Below, in pieces: positions 25,986 to 39,749 of a DNA stretch of 64,000 bases. This DNA comes from Octopus bimaculoides. Lineage: Eukaryota. Position numbers and translations under genes: made by a program. The notes below the pieces were generated by a model. The model worked only from the letters and a program-made list of their open reading frames with translations. It was not told the origin of the DNA and ran no database searches. Each line of letters starts with the position of its first letter. The stretch's first letter is position 1. Location of the stretch: positions 21,968,045-22,032,044 of the forward strand of contig NC_069000.1 of the NCBI RefSeq assembly GCF_001194135.2. The letters are read 5' to 3'.

Positions 25986-28172
25986 CTGGAATATCAAAAA
26001 GGAAAAAATAACATGTAGGCCTTCATGATCATATCTTTAATGAAATAAAAATAACCAACAACTTGAAGAGATTTAGTAAAAATAACTGTCATTATTAAGC
26101 TAATGCTTGGAACAAAATTTAACGTGTCTTATCTTTATGACTAGTTAGAATTTAAACATGAGCAGTTTAAAACAGAGGTTGATTCAATTGGGTTGTGACT
26201 CTGGCTTCAATGGTAAAGGTACCCAAGCAGAAATGATGGGTTAAACAGTTTCAGGTATTGTGCCTAACTGTTTAACCCTTTAGCATTTAAACCAGCCATA
26301 TCCAGCCCCAAAATTCTACCTGTTTACGTCCAAACTGACCAGATCCAGCTTTTCACACCTATCCTACAACATCATTCTAAAAATAAACCACATTACTGAA
26401 ATCTCAAAGCTATGCAGGAATGCATGATTAATTCAAAATAATGTGAATAAATAAGAAATACATTTGAGAGCATAATCTGAATGTTAATGGTTTAAAATTA
26501 CAATATAATGAGCAATTATTTTCTTTAATTACTAATAAATCTCCACTGATTAAATTTTTCTAGAAATCTTATAATACCACTCAATAGTAATATTGCCATG
26601 AGGGTGATGAATGAAAGGGATATTAATAAATGATTTTAACAGATTCAAGGCCCAAATTTAGAGGAGTCCTGTTGATTACATTGACCCTAGTACTTCACTG
26701 GTACTTTATTTTATTGACACTAGAAGGTTGAAGGCAAAGCTGACCTCAGGAGGTTTTGAACACAAAATGTAAATAAATAGTGCATGGCGTTTTGTCTGGT
26801 AGTCCTATAATTCTACCATCCCTCACCAACATAATAATATTAATAATAATAATAATGATGATGATTTCAAATTTTGGTACAAGGCCAGCAATTTTGGGGG
26901 TGCGGATAAGTCAATTACATTGACTCCCAGTGTTCACCTGGTACTTATTTTATAGACCCCGAAAGAACAAAAGGCAAAGTCAACCTTGGCTGAATTTGAA
27001 CTCAGAATGTGAAGATGGATGAAATGCCGCTAAGCATTTTGCTCAGTAGAGTAACGGTTCTGCCAGCTTGCCATCTTAATAGTAATAAGAATCCTAACTG
27101 TTGGAAAAGGGGGCTAGTCAATTACATCGACCCTAGTATTTCACTGGTACTTAATTTATTCACCTTGAAATGATAAAAGGCAAAGTTAACCTCGGCAGAA
27201 TTTGAACTTAGAATGTAATGACAGGTGAAATACCACTAAGCACTTTGTCTGGTGTGCTAACGATTCTGCCAGCTCGCCGCCTTACCTTAATAATAATAAT
27301 AATTTTTAGTAACAAGAACAACCGGTAGCATATGGATACTTAATTTAGATTGTCAGCATAAAGTGTACAATTCTATTTACAAAATGAAAAAAGAAAAAAC
27401 AAATGCAACACTAGAATCAGTTGCAGCACTCTATTGAGTAAGTATTGCTAACTCAATTCTACTACAAACTCTTTCTGTTCACCTGTTTGTGGTAGTGAAT
27501 GCAGGGCAGCGATGGCGTTTTGTTTCGTTGTTCATGAGAGGAGGGAGTGTTTGTCTGTCTCTATCTCTGAATGCTGTATGTGACAACTTAACTCTTACCA
27601 TCACCAAGATTTTCAAATGCTATACTAGACGGCAGAAATCAATAAACCATTGTGTCAAGAAGCAAAAGCTGCCAGTCTCACTAGTCTAGTCAGTCTCTTT
27701 GATTATTTATAGACATTATTTCTTCCCCTTTTATTTTTATATTTCTTTTTTTTTCATTATTTTCAGAACTTTGTGAAAAGGACCAATAACAGATTCTCTA
27801 CTCCTGTTTATTTAGATTTCGTGATTTATTTGTTTAATTCAATTTTGAGAATAATATATACATATATACAAATATGATGATGATGATGATAATGATCAGC
27901 ATCATCATCATCATCGCTGTCGCTGTCATAATATCCATTTTTCCATGCTCACATGAGCTGGACATAAGTTGTTGAGGGTGGATTGTCCTATGGTCGGATA
28001 CCCCTCCTGTTGCCAACCCTTACCTGTTTCCAAGCAAGGTAATATTATTACCTCATGGCCAGACATGTTTTTATGGAAGATTGGAAATGAAGGATACCAC
28101 TTGCATAATTGTGACACTTGTTTACAACTATCACCTAATATCAAGGCAAGGAGACAGTAATATGTATGCATG

Positions 28173-28222
<50 letters not shown>

Positions 28223-29580
28223 TCTGGTGATGTCTCTATATATCTAGTGAGACCACACACCTCCACCTGGGAAGTTCTTCTACAAGGTACAATTCTAGGG
28301 AAAGTTTCAGTGGAAGACCAGCAGATATCGATACATGCAAATCTCTCCAATCCATACCACTATATATATATATATATATTATGCTACTTCTAGCATAATG
28401 GATGTCCACTTAGTGGTCATCCCNNNNNNNNNNNNNNNNNNNNNNNNNNNNNNNNNNNNNNNNNNNNNNNNNNNNNNNNNNNNNNNNNNNNNNNNNNNNN
28501 NNNNNNNNNNNNNNNNNNNNNNNNNNNNNNNNNNNNNNNNNNNNNNNNNNNNNNNNNNNNNNNNNNNNNNNNNNNNNNNNNNNNNNNNATATATATATAT
28601 ATATATAATTCTTTTACCAATCACCCTTGATGCACCTGGACACATCATCTTATCAATGATGTTTTGAGCTTTTCAACAACAGACGACCTCACCCAGGTGA
28701 GGAGTTGATCAATCCCTAGCTCATGTTCAGTTAGCATAACCCTTGGTAGGGCTGACTCCTTTCAGGGCTCGCAACTCCTGATCCATAGTTGACCTGATGT
28801 CCTTCTACCTTCTGGCCCCTGTGATGCTTAGCATGTAGTAAGCTTTGTGGAGGGACTAACTTACAAATCCTCTGCACGCCACCTCAATGGCATCAAACCT
28901 TGCTTACCACTCGTTGCTTTGGTGTAACTCCAGCAACTCAGCATATTTTCTCTTCTTGCTGTGCGTGTATGTGTGTACATGTATGATCGAGCAGACCTAT
29001 TATGAAAGATGTTCCAGCTATGATCATCTCATGGTGTTTTCAAAGACCAAATCATGTGTTTTTTTCTTTTTTGTTGTTAGGATATTGAGAGATTTAGAGA
29101 GAAACAAAAAGATTTGGCACGGATGAGATGTGAGACAATTAAGAAGAACTGGAAAGAAAAATTGGGTTTAGGTGGAGGTAGTTGGTATATTGTCATCAAG
29201 TTCAGGAGAGAAGACAGAAGCAGTTGTAGTGGCAGTACAAAACATAAAGGGGTTACTTCTGAACTTAATTTACACCTGTTGGCCTCATGTGGACAAAGTT
29301 ATGTATTTTCCTGCAGAAGTTGTGCCCTACTTTATGGATGATTATTTGTTCTTAGTCACTGAAATCCCAATAACATACCAAGTATGCATCTGATCAACAA
29401 TTTGATGCAATAACTTCCACCACAACCACCAGCAACACATTAAAAGTACAGCCACCTTTCACTCGCAAGTGAGTATGCCTTGGTCATATGTACCATACTT
29501 TTGCAAATGCACATCATATAGTCACAAGCAGATGTAAACACCTTGGCATCCCTATACTTGATTCAATGAACCATCTAAGA

Positions 29581-29829
29581 CAGGGGTCCACAGTAATCAT
29601 TTCAGGGGCCATGAAAAAATTGTGTTTCAGACCAATAAAATTTATGAGCAATAAATTGGTTATATACCCACAAAACACAAAATATTTTAACAATTTTTAT
29701 ACAAGTCCTAATATTTTTTAATTATATAAATAGGATTTTTTAAACATTGAATGGTTGGGGGGGGGGGGTCCACCTAAGTAAAATAGGGATCAAAGAGATC
29801 CATAGGTAAAATATGGTTGAGAACCCCTG
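29581..29829. mobile_element. hAT MITE with perfect 8-bp TSD
   Basis: atctaaga|CAGGGGTCC...GAACCCCTG|atctaaga. Confidence 0.88.
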
Positions 29830-30171
29830 ATCTAAGATATGACAGTGGGAAGGAGAGAGGGTTGTAACAGCAATTGATTGGTACCCATTCAGTGAACTGG
29901 AGCAACATGAAATGAAGTGTCTTGTTCAAGGTCATAATGTGTTGCCTGGTCTAGGAATAAAACAATTTTATGATCATAAAGTCAAACATCTTAACAAACA
30001 TTAGGTCATGTGTCTTCACATTATCATGTGTCTTCACATATTATCAAGGAAATATGTTGGTAATACATCAATATGTATAAATATAAAGAACTGACAAGAC
30101 TGGATCCATAGGTAAAATGTGGTTGAGAAGCCCTGATCTAAGATATGACAGTGGGAAGGAGAATTGCTTAC

Positions 30172-30546
30172 CCATTATATGCAATAATGTATCGAGTTAG
30201 TTTATGCCGTTCTGATTCATCGAAGTTTCCATAAAGGAAGAAGTGTTTGTCTGAAAAGAAGTCTGGCAAGATGGGCAATTCAGAATCTGAATCACTGATT
30301 TTATCTTCATCAACATCTGTAGCAGCACCGAAAGCATCATCATCATCATCATCATCATTATCATCATTGTCATCATCATCACTGCTGTTGTTATTTTTGT
30401 CATGATCATTGTTATCATCATCATCATCATCGTCGTCTACATTGCGGTTAATTTCCAAAGTATCTGCTGCATGGAAAACGAGTCTGGATGGTCCAGCATC
30501 AGATGAACTGGATGATTCTGACTGTATATTTGCAGCATTTTTGATC
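30172..30546 (-). CDS. XRCC1: XRCC1 exon, linker 2 poly-Asp plus start of BRCT2
   Basis: ttgtag|G ATC...AAT GG|gtaagc; 375 nt, ends ...SELPILPDFFSDKHFFLYGNFDESERHKLTRYIIAYNG (human PELPDFFQGKHFFLYGEFPGDERRKLIRYVTAFNG). Confidence 0.96.
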
Positions 30547-33500
30547 CTACAAAATAAACATTAAGAAAAACTATTATTTAACAGGTTTGATTGGATTGTG
30601 CCATTTTATGGAGGTGGGGGTGAGGGTGTGGATATTCTTTTCCACATGATAAGATTATAATGTATATACATCATTACCATAGTGGATATGAATGTTGTTA
30701 CCCTTAGTTTAGAAATAAAGGTTTCCCAGTTCAAATCTAGACCAGAATAAGATGCATAATGTTGACCAGAAATCAAACTGATCAAAATGCTCTGCAAATA
30801 GTCTTTCGATTACACTTTTACTCATTTTAGTCATTAAACTGCAGCCATGCTGGGTCACAGCCTTGAAAAATTTTTAGTCAAATGAATCAAACCCAGTACT
30901 TAGTTTTTTTAAAGCCTGGTACTTATTCTGCCAAACTGCTAAGTTACAGGGATGTAAATACACCTACACTGGTTGTCAAACAGTGATGGGAGACAAACAC
31001 AGACACACACACACGTGAGTGAGTATATAATACATATACAACAAGCTTCTTTCAGTTTCCATCTACCAAATCCACTCACAAGGCTTTAGCCGGCCCGAGG
31101 CCATATAATAGAAGACACTTGTCTAAGGTGCGACACAGTGGGACTGAACCCAAAATTCTTTAATCTCTAAAAGTGAGGCTCATACTGCATTTACTTGTGT
31201 ATAATAGCAAATCATGTACACTGTGTGTATGTAATTATGAGCAATGAAATCCTGCTAAAAATGTTATCTCAGATATAACACACATTAACTTTTCTTTAGA
31301 ACATGGAGAAAGGAGTGTTTAGTCAGATTTATTGTAATGCTGGAAAGGCTGAATAAAATATAAATTGAACCTTAGCAATATTAGCAGTAAAGCTGTCATT
31401 ATGAAAACCACAGGACAATGTCTTTTGATAAGAAAAAATACATATTCATTATTTCATTTTAATGCCACCTTTTCCATGCTTGCATGGGTTGGACATAGTT
31501 TACTGAGGCAGATTTTCTAAGCTGGATGCCCTTCATGCCTGCCTCCAAGCAAGGTAATATCTCCCCATGGCCAGGCATATTCTAATAGAATATTGGAAAC
31601 GAATGACACTGCTTGTATCACAGTGACACTCCTTTACAACTACACAAGGTGACAAGACAAGGTGACACAAACACACACATATATATATATATATATATAC
31701 GATGGACTTCTTTCAGTTTTTGTCTTCCAAATCCACTCACAAGGCTTTGGTCAACCAAGGGATATAGTAGAAGACACTTGCCTGAGATGACATGCAGTGG
31801 GACAAAATCTGGAACCAAGTGGTTGGAATGTGAACGTCTTACCACAAAGCCATGCTTACATATATTAGTTTGAAATCGTGGCACAAGGCCAGCAATTTGG
31901 GAAGGAGATAAGTCAATCATGTCAACCCCTGGTGTTCAGCAGGTACTTCTTTAATCAACCCCAATGCTAAGCATTTTGCCCAGCATACTAATGGTTCTGC
32001 CAGTTCACCACCGTCATGCTTACATATATTATTATGCATGAATAAATACAACAGACAAAAATGTTCAATTATATTAATAAGAACTCATCTCATATTTAGA
32101 CATTTATTTTTCTTCTACATTTTTATTCTGAACTGTTGCCCACATGGTCATGAGTTTGAAGCTTGCTTATACTTACTGTTTTATACCTCTGAGCAATGCA
32201 CAAAACTCAGCTTGCCCCAGTTTGCCTGACTAACAAACAGGTTCCACTCACACTTAATCCATACTATTTGTCAATAAGAAAACTGATAAACCAATGCTTT
32301 GGAACAAAACTAAGTTGAGGAATTTCTTCTACCCCAATTTACTGTTGCTATCATAAATGCAGTGAACCAGTGATTGTTCTGTTGGAAAGCTGTAATCAAT
32401 GACATACGTAACAGAAATAAGTTGCACATCTAGGCTAAGGCATGACTGTCCAGTAAGAAGCTTGCTTCTCAACCATGTGGCCTTGGGTTCAATCTCACTG
32501 TGTAGCATCTTGGATAAGTGTCTTCCACTACAGTCCTTGGCCAAACCAATGCCTTGTGAGTGGATTTGGTAGATGGAATCTGAAAGAAGCCCATCATTTA
32601 TATATGTGTGTGTGTGTGTTTGTCCCCCACTACTGCTTGACAACCAATGTTAACTTATGTTCCCAAAACCAGGCGGTTTGACAAAAAGAGTACCAAACTT
32701 AGAAATAGTAAAGGAGTCAATTTGCTTGACTAAACCCCTCAGGGCAGTGCCTTAACATGGCCACAGACTGAAGACTGAAAGAAATAAAAAAAAAGAGAGA
32801 TAAAAGAAGATATTGTCTAGCTAGACTAACTGAGGAGGTGGGGTTTGAACTTCAGCATACTGGGCCTAAATATATAGGTAAATTTATTGCAAACTTTGAG
32901 AAAGGATATGTTGTGATATTAACTGTACATTCACATATACAGTTTTACAAATTTGTTCCAACTTCATTATCTTTTTAGCAACTATTTTTAAATGTTTGTA
33001 TTGGGATAATTTATTTGCTGGAGCAATGTTTATACAGTTGGATGGTGTCCTTCCTACCTCTAACCATGAAATTCCAAGAACCTCATTTTTATCCAGTGAT
33101 GTAAAACAGAATAAGCAAAGTTATATAGTCAGTTGAGAGCCACAACAGAATGGCTGTAGTAAGATCTGAACTTACAACCATGTGGTTAGTTGTCCAGCAC
33201 CTTTACCTCACAGCCAACGAAGGTACATACATAAAAATAGAAAGAAAATCAAGAAGTGATACTCCATTATCAGTCAAAGAGTACTTGAAAAGGATATGGG
33301 CTCTGTCCCTTGCTCCAGTTCCTTGTTGAATCATCAAAGAAAAAAAAAAACAGACTACAAAAGCAATAAAACTTATATGTTTCAATACAGTCTTTCATAT
33401 TATTCATGTTAGCAACCACCACCACTCTCTTCTATATGGTTTCTATGGTAACAAGATGTGGCACATTAGTCCTGTCCAACCAACACGGATATCCTGTTGG

Positions 33501-33686
33501 ACATCAGTCAAGATGGATACAAAATAAGGCAGTAGCATTTACCATCCGCATACACTAAAACATATACTCACGCATCTAGAGTTAGCAAAACGACTCTCTT
33601 GGCACTGTTACCATGGTAACAATAGCAATGCAATATACACTTATTCGACCCATGGCAGCACCAAACACTCTCACAGATCATAACAT

Positions 33687-33726
<40 letters not shown>

Positions 33727-33756
33727 AACAACAACAACAAATACTGCTGTAGTTAC

Positions 33757-33838
33757 CTTCTGACTTCATCGTCTGTGTCTTCTTCAGATACTACACCTTC
33801 TTCTTCTTCTTCTTCTTCTTCATCAGTGGACTCTCGGT
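33757..33838 (-). CDS. XRCC1: XRCC1 exon, linker 2
   Basis: ctccag|AC CGA...AGA AG|gtaact; 82 nt, (D)RESTDEEEEEEEEGVVSEEDTDDEVR(R), matching human EDSGDTEDELRR. Confidence 0.9.
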
Positions 33839-34234
33839 CTGGAGATAGATTAATAAACATGTTTACATAACATTTCACACACAGGCACAACAACAACAAT
33901 GACTGTTGCTATAGTAACAAAGAAGGAAGCAACAGAAATATTACCATCATCATCATCAACCATAAAAAACGAAAATATCAACACCACAGTATTCTCCACT
34001 CACTGGGGTCACAATATGCTCACAATGACACAACACAACCCACACTTACACAACCCCACCTCCCCTCGTACAATACAACTCACTCACGCCTCACACTCAG
34101 CCCATCCCACACATATACAATATTGCCCACATTCAAACACTCTACACTCACTGAACACAACTCACACTCACAGCACAGCCCACACTCACACAACACATCC
34201 CACACCCCACACTCATAAAATATACCCTACATAC

Positions 34235-34458
34235 CCTCCATGGATGGTAAATATTCAGGATCACTTTTACTCTTTGACAATCTCGACTGTTGTGAATAGT
34301 CTTCCTCTTCATCGATCACCTGGGTGTGCTGCTCCTCCTCTTCCTCCTCTTCATCATCACCCTTTTTCTCTTTCTCTTTTTTCTGCTTTTTCCCTTCATC
34401 CTTCACTTGCCCTTTGTCTGCCTTTTCATCCTCCTCTTCTTCATCTTCCAGTTGGTAT
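34235..34458 (-). CDS. XRCC1: XRCC1 exon, acidic linker 2
   Basis: ttccag|A TAC CAA CTG...GAG G|gtatgt; 224 nt, (K)YQLEDEEEEDEKADK...DPEYLPSME; phases fit both neighbours. Confidence 0.85.
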
Positions 34459-34498
34459 CTGGAAAAGAAGAACAGTACCCTCATCAATATGTATGTGT

Positions 34499-34578
<80 letters not shown>

Positions 34579-35298
34579 TTGGTGATACAAACAGGAAAAT
34601 AGAAATCAAAACATGAGTATATACATAATTTTTATTAATAATAGACAGAAGGTGTAAAGTGACTCAAGGGACAAGAAATTTGCACAAAACTCTTTCTGCC
34701 AATTATTAATATGAAAAAAAAAAAAAGAAAAAAAAAAACCTACGTACAGGCCCAGGAATGGCTGTGTGGTAAGAAGGATACTTCCCAACCACATAGTTCT
34801 GGGTTCAGTCCCACTGTGGGGCACGGCACTTTGAGCAAGTGTCTTTTACTATAGACTTGGGCTGACCAAAGCCTTGTGAGTGCATTTGGTAGACGGAAAC
34901 TAAAAGAAGCACGTCATATATGTATGTATCATTATTTCGACCAGGAAGTCCTGGGTAGCTGTATTTACGGGATTTGTGTTTTTTATTTATTTTAAGATTA
35001 CCTTTACTCTCTTAGCTGATTGAGTGCTTTTCTACCCGTTGAAGCATTACCACATAATACACACACACTCGTGGGTGTGTGTGTGTGTGTTTGTTTGTTT
35101 CTCCACCACCACTTCTTGCTGGTGTATTTATGTCCTCATAACCTAGCAGTTCAGCAAAAGAGACTGGTAGAATAAGTACCAGGCTTATAAAAACATAGTA
35201 CTGGGGTTGATTCATTCAAGTAAGAACTCTCCAAGGCGGTGTTCCAGCATGGCCGTAGTCTAATGACTGAAACCAGTAAAAGATAAAGTCTATGTATA

Positions 35299-35572
35299 TG
35301 TACATATAAATAAAAAATAAATGCGCCCTTTTAAAGCCTAGCCAGGCTCATGGGCCCAGTTTCCTGGTTTCTGTGGCTTATGTGTTGTTCCCCAGCTGGA
35401 CGGGACGCCACTCCATCGCAGCGTTACTCATTTTTGCCAGCTGAGTGAACTGGAGCAATGTGAAATGAAGTGTTTTGCTCAAGAACACAACGCGTCGCCT
35501 GGTCCAGAAATTGAAACCACAATCTTATGATCATGATGCTGACACCCTAACCATTAAGCCACGTGCCTCCCA
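35299..35572 (-). mobile_element. tRNA-derived SINE (head H2, tail Y)
   Basis: sense ggcacgtggcttaatggttagggtgtcagcatcatgatc...ggtttcaatttc...tgtgttcttgagcaaaacac; identical copy at 37779-38052; relatives at about 50-170(-) and 59450-59700(+). Confidence 0.85.
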
Positions 35573-36184
35573 CATATGTACATATATGTACGTATATGTA
35601 TATATATAAGTAGAACAGAACGAAATATGAACAGGCAGTTGCAAGGCAACAAATCAATTTATAACATTTATATAACATTGCAGTGAGAAAAAGATATACA
35701 AATATATTTATTAAAATATAGCAGGAAACCAATAAAGTGACTTGGGATAGACAAGAACAGTCCAGGATGAGGTAGAAATGAATTCGAAAAGTCCCTAGTG
35801 CTGATTTGATCTAATTAGGCAAGTAAAATCTATGGAATCACTGGTGCAAAACTTGTAAGTGACGGACTGGAAAAGAACAAGTAATACTTTACAGCTGTTT
35901 CTGGGTAAGTTTCATACAAGATGCATATATATGTATGTATGCACACACACACACACGTATCTTTTATTGCGTACCTTTTAATTGTTTCGGTTACTAGACT
36001 GCAGCCGTACTCGGGCACTGCCTTGAAGAATTGTTAGTCAAATGAATCAACTCCAGTACTTGTTTTTCTAGCATTTTTTAAAAGCCTGGTAATTTTTCTA
36101 TTGGTCTCTTTTGCTGAGCAGCTAAATTATGGGATGTAAACACGGACACACGCAATGATATGTATGTATGTATGTATCTATATA

Positions 36185-37050
36185 TTAGGTTGAGTAAAAA
36201 GTAAGCAATGTTTTGAAACATGAAATTCATCACAATATATTTTAACAATGCGGAAATTTTATTCATCAATGTAGGTACCATTACAATCAAGTCAATGAGT
36301 TACAAATTTGTTTATTCTGGTAACATAAAAATCTGGAGTTGTGGAGCTGATGAACACTTTGAATGCACTTTCAGCATCGGTTAAATTTTTGAACTCCTCT
36401 TGCAGGAAACCATCAAGGTGCTTGTAAAAGTGGTAGTTGGTAGGAGAAAGGTCTGGAGAATAAGCTGGGTGAGGAAGAACTTTGTAGTCAAGTTCCCTCA
36501 ACTTCTGGAGCATCATTAGTGAAATGTGTGGTCGAGCATTGTCATGGAGATAGATTGGCCCACATCTGTTGACCAGTCTGGGATGGAGGAGTAGCAGTTT
36601 TTCGTTCATTTTGGCAATTTCATGGCAATATGTTTCTGCAGTAATGGTTTCTCCAGGTTTTAAGAAGTTATAATAAATGAGTCTAGCAGTACACTACCAA
36701 ACAGTCACCATAACCTTCTTTTTGAAGAGTTTGGGTTTAAGGAAGGTTTTTGGTGCTTCATTTTGGTCCAACCACTGTGAAGAATGTTTTTTATTAATGT
36801 ACAGAATCCACTTTTCATTGCAAATTACAATACAGTCAAGAAATGGATTGGTCTGGTTACAGTGAAGAAGTGATGAGTAAATTTCATATCTGCACATTTT
36901 CTTATTTTCATTCAAATCATTAGGTACCCATTTGTAGAGCTTTTTTGATTTTCCAATCGCATGCAAATGGTTGCAGGCAGTTTACTGGCTAACTTGAAGT
37001 TCTTTTGCTAGTTCTCAAGTGGTTTTACATGGATTTTTCTCAATGATGGT
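36185..37050 (-). mobile_element. Hsmar1/cecropia-like mariner, 5'-truncated and degenerate
   Basis: KWVPNDL, NEKWILY, KKVMVTVW, LHDNARPH, HPAYSPDLSPTNYH motifs; TIR TA|TTAGGTTGAGTAAAAAGTAA resembles the Hsmar1 TIR. Confidence 0.9.
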
Positions 37051-37312
37051 CCCTGTCTTCATACTCTTAATTGTTTTATCTGCCAAGGTATTGTCAATGC
37101 GGATAGCTGGTCCCTCTGTTGAGTCAACATTCGGCAGACTCTCTTTCTCCCATTCATTCTCTTTATTGAGCAACCTTTCATAGTAGCGTCTCCAAACCTC
37201 TCTCTTTGCAGGCTTGTCTAGTGCAAGTAAACCATCATCCATGTGGACACATTTCTCTCCTACGACATCACAATTCTCTCTCATACACTGTCTTGCAACA
37301 AGAAATACCTCA
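37051..37312 (-). mobile_element. RTE LINE internal fragment (EN-RT linker)
   Basis: RENCDVVGEKCVHMDDG...KREVWRRYYERLLNKENEWEKESLPNVDSTEGPAIRID...IKSMKTG. Confidence 0.8.
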
Positions 37313-38170
37313 AGTCATTCATTTCAATTTACTGGTTTAAGTAAATCTCTTCAGAATGCGAATATAGATAAATGCATTGGTTAGGATGCGAAAATAACTA
37401 ATACATACGTGATGGTAATATAAACAAAGGTAGTAAGTCTTACATTAAATCTTGTTCTTGCGCTGGTAAATTCACTGGGTAGATGTTTGATTGTGGTAGA
37501 CTGGTTAGTTTTGTTTGGTAATTAGGGCGGGGTGAGTATTATTTAAGTGAAGGGTTCCTAGTTTAATTAAGCACATTTTTTCGCACGTGTGTATTCAATA
37601 TGTTTACAATCTGCAATTCATCTCTGCTTCCTCCTTCTTTGTTTTCTAATTAAATTAAAGACACACCAGCAAAAACCACGAGTTTCCCATTATTATTGTA
37701 GCCATTTTCTTCTCCTATATAACCTAAACTACGGTCTACCAACCGAACCACCTGCTACAGTACAACTTTACAAAAGACTGTACATATAAATAAAAAATAA
37801 ATGCGCCCTTTTAAAGCCTAGCCAGGCTCATGGGCCCAGTTTCCTGGTTTCTGTGGCTTATGTGTTGTTCCCCAGCTGGACGGGACGCCACTCCATCGCA
37901 GCGTTACTCATTTTTGCCAGCTGAGTGAACTGGAGCAATGTGAAATGAAGTGTTTTGCTCAAGAACACAACGCGTCGCCTGGTCCAGAAATTGAAACCAC
38001 AATCTTATGATCATGATGCTGACACCCTAACCATTAAGCCACGTGCCTCCCAGGAGTGACTTTGGATTTAATTATCCCTTAGAGGTATTAAACCCCTCTA
38101 ATTGATTCCTACATTATATATATAANNNNNNNNNNNNNNNNNNNNNNNNNNNNNNNNNNNNNNNNNNNNN

Positions 38171-38448
38171 GCGAGATCGTTGCCAGTGCCCCTGGACTGG
38201 CTCTTGTGCGGGTGGCACATAAAATACACCATCTTGAGCATGGCCGTTGCCAGTACCGCCTGACTGGCCTTCGTGCTGGTGGCATGTAAAAGCACCCACT
38301 ACACTCTCGGAGTGGTTGGCGTTAGGAAGGGCATCCAGCTGTAGAAACTCTGCCAAATTAGATTGGAGCCTGGTGTAGCCATCTGGTTCACCAGTCCTCA
38401 GTCAAATAGTCCAACCCATGCTAGCATGGAAAGCGGACGTTAAACCAC

Positions 38449-38488
<40 letters not shown>
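38171..38488 (+). mobile_element. RTE 3' UTR/tail
   Basis: same 3' UTR as the 50945-51243 copy, with (GAT)n tail; similar fragments at 18705-19165(-), 44645-45047(+) and 47925-48232(-). Confidence 0.85.
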
Positions 38489-38490
<2 letters not shown>

Positions 38491-39133
38491 ATATATATAT
38501 ATTTTTATTAATATTTAGCAGAAGTAACAGAGTAACTCAAGGTCCAAGAGTTTTGTACATTGGCACTTATCAAACTCATAAATATATAACCCACATGAGA
38601 AACAAAGGCTGATGACAAGAAGGACATCCAGCCATAAAGTTTTACCTTAATAAATCTATATCCAACTCATGCCAGCATAGAAAAGTGATATATATCACCA
38701 CATTTAGTAAAGTGAGTATAAACAGAGAAGAAAATTAATGAATTAAAATCAAAGCCTATGTGATGAGCAATAATTATGTTAATAAACTCTGGTTAAAAAA
38801 GGCAGGGGAAACAACCACTGGAATTCGAATAAAGATTAATTGAAACAGAATGCAATGAGGAATGATGCTGATCTTTGGCAGCTCAATAACATTGCTGTAG
38901 AGGGCAGTAAATGTAGCCTCTTGTGATGGTCACAACAAGAATGTATTTGATTATAAACCTGCTTCATCAGAATTGAACTAGGGTTAAACAACAACAACAA
39001 CAACAAAAACAACCAAGTAGAAAAGTCAACAGCATACCTACCCATACTCAAGCTATAAAAAGAGAGAAAGAAAGCTGTCCCCTTGCCAGATCAGTAAAAA
39101 CTTCACTCACCCTTAAACTGAAACAATACTTAC

Positions 39134-39247
39134 TTCCTCCAAGGTAGGAGTGTTCTTTGTTTGTGACAATCCAATACCCATTGTTTTGTAACTATTCTGC
39201 CTTGTCCCTTGACCATGTTATACTTTGGTGTATTAGCAAATGCACAC
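39134..39247 (-). CDS. XRCC1: XRCC1 exon, BRCT1 second half
   Basis: ttccag|G TGT...AGG AA|gtaagt; 114 nt, CAFANTPKYNMVKGQGRIVTKQWVLDCHKQRTLLPWR(K). Confidence 0.97.
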
Positions 39248-39749
39248 CTGGAAAGAAAAAGATGGAGAACTACATATAAAACATTCTTTGACTGTTTCAG
39301 GATTTCTGAGGCCAGTTCTGATTAATCAGAGCTATGCCACAAAACTCACTAGTCTAAAAGATAATATATGAACTCACTTGTTTAAAAATGTTTAACCGTT
39401 TTTTGAATAAGTGCATTGTATCCTGGTTTATTGTAAAAAGCAGCTAAAGGGGTTGGCATTAGAAACGCATCCAACTGTAAAATATTGGTTTCAGCAGTTT
39501 TGAGGGAGGAGGTAATTTGATTACATTGCCCCCAATACTCAACTGGTACTTATTTTATTGACCCTGAAAGGATGAAAGACAAAGTAGACCATGGCAGAAT
39601 TTGAACTTAGAACACAAGGATGGATGAAATGCCACTAAGCATTTTGCCTAGCATTCTAATGGTCCAGCCAGCTCACCATCTCAAATCCAACCATGAAATA
39701 TTGCCTCCAAAGGTTTTGTCCAAGCTATGATAGTATGGAAAATTGGACA

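Noticed and set aside
33899-34585. 228-aa plus-strand ORF
   Set aside because: Low-complexity CA-rich DNA plus the antisense of an XRCC1 exon; no protein signature.
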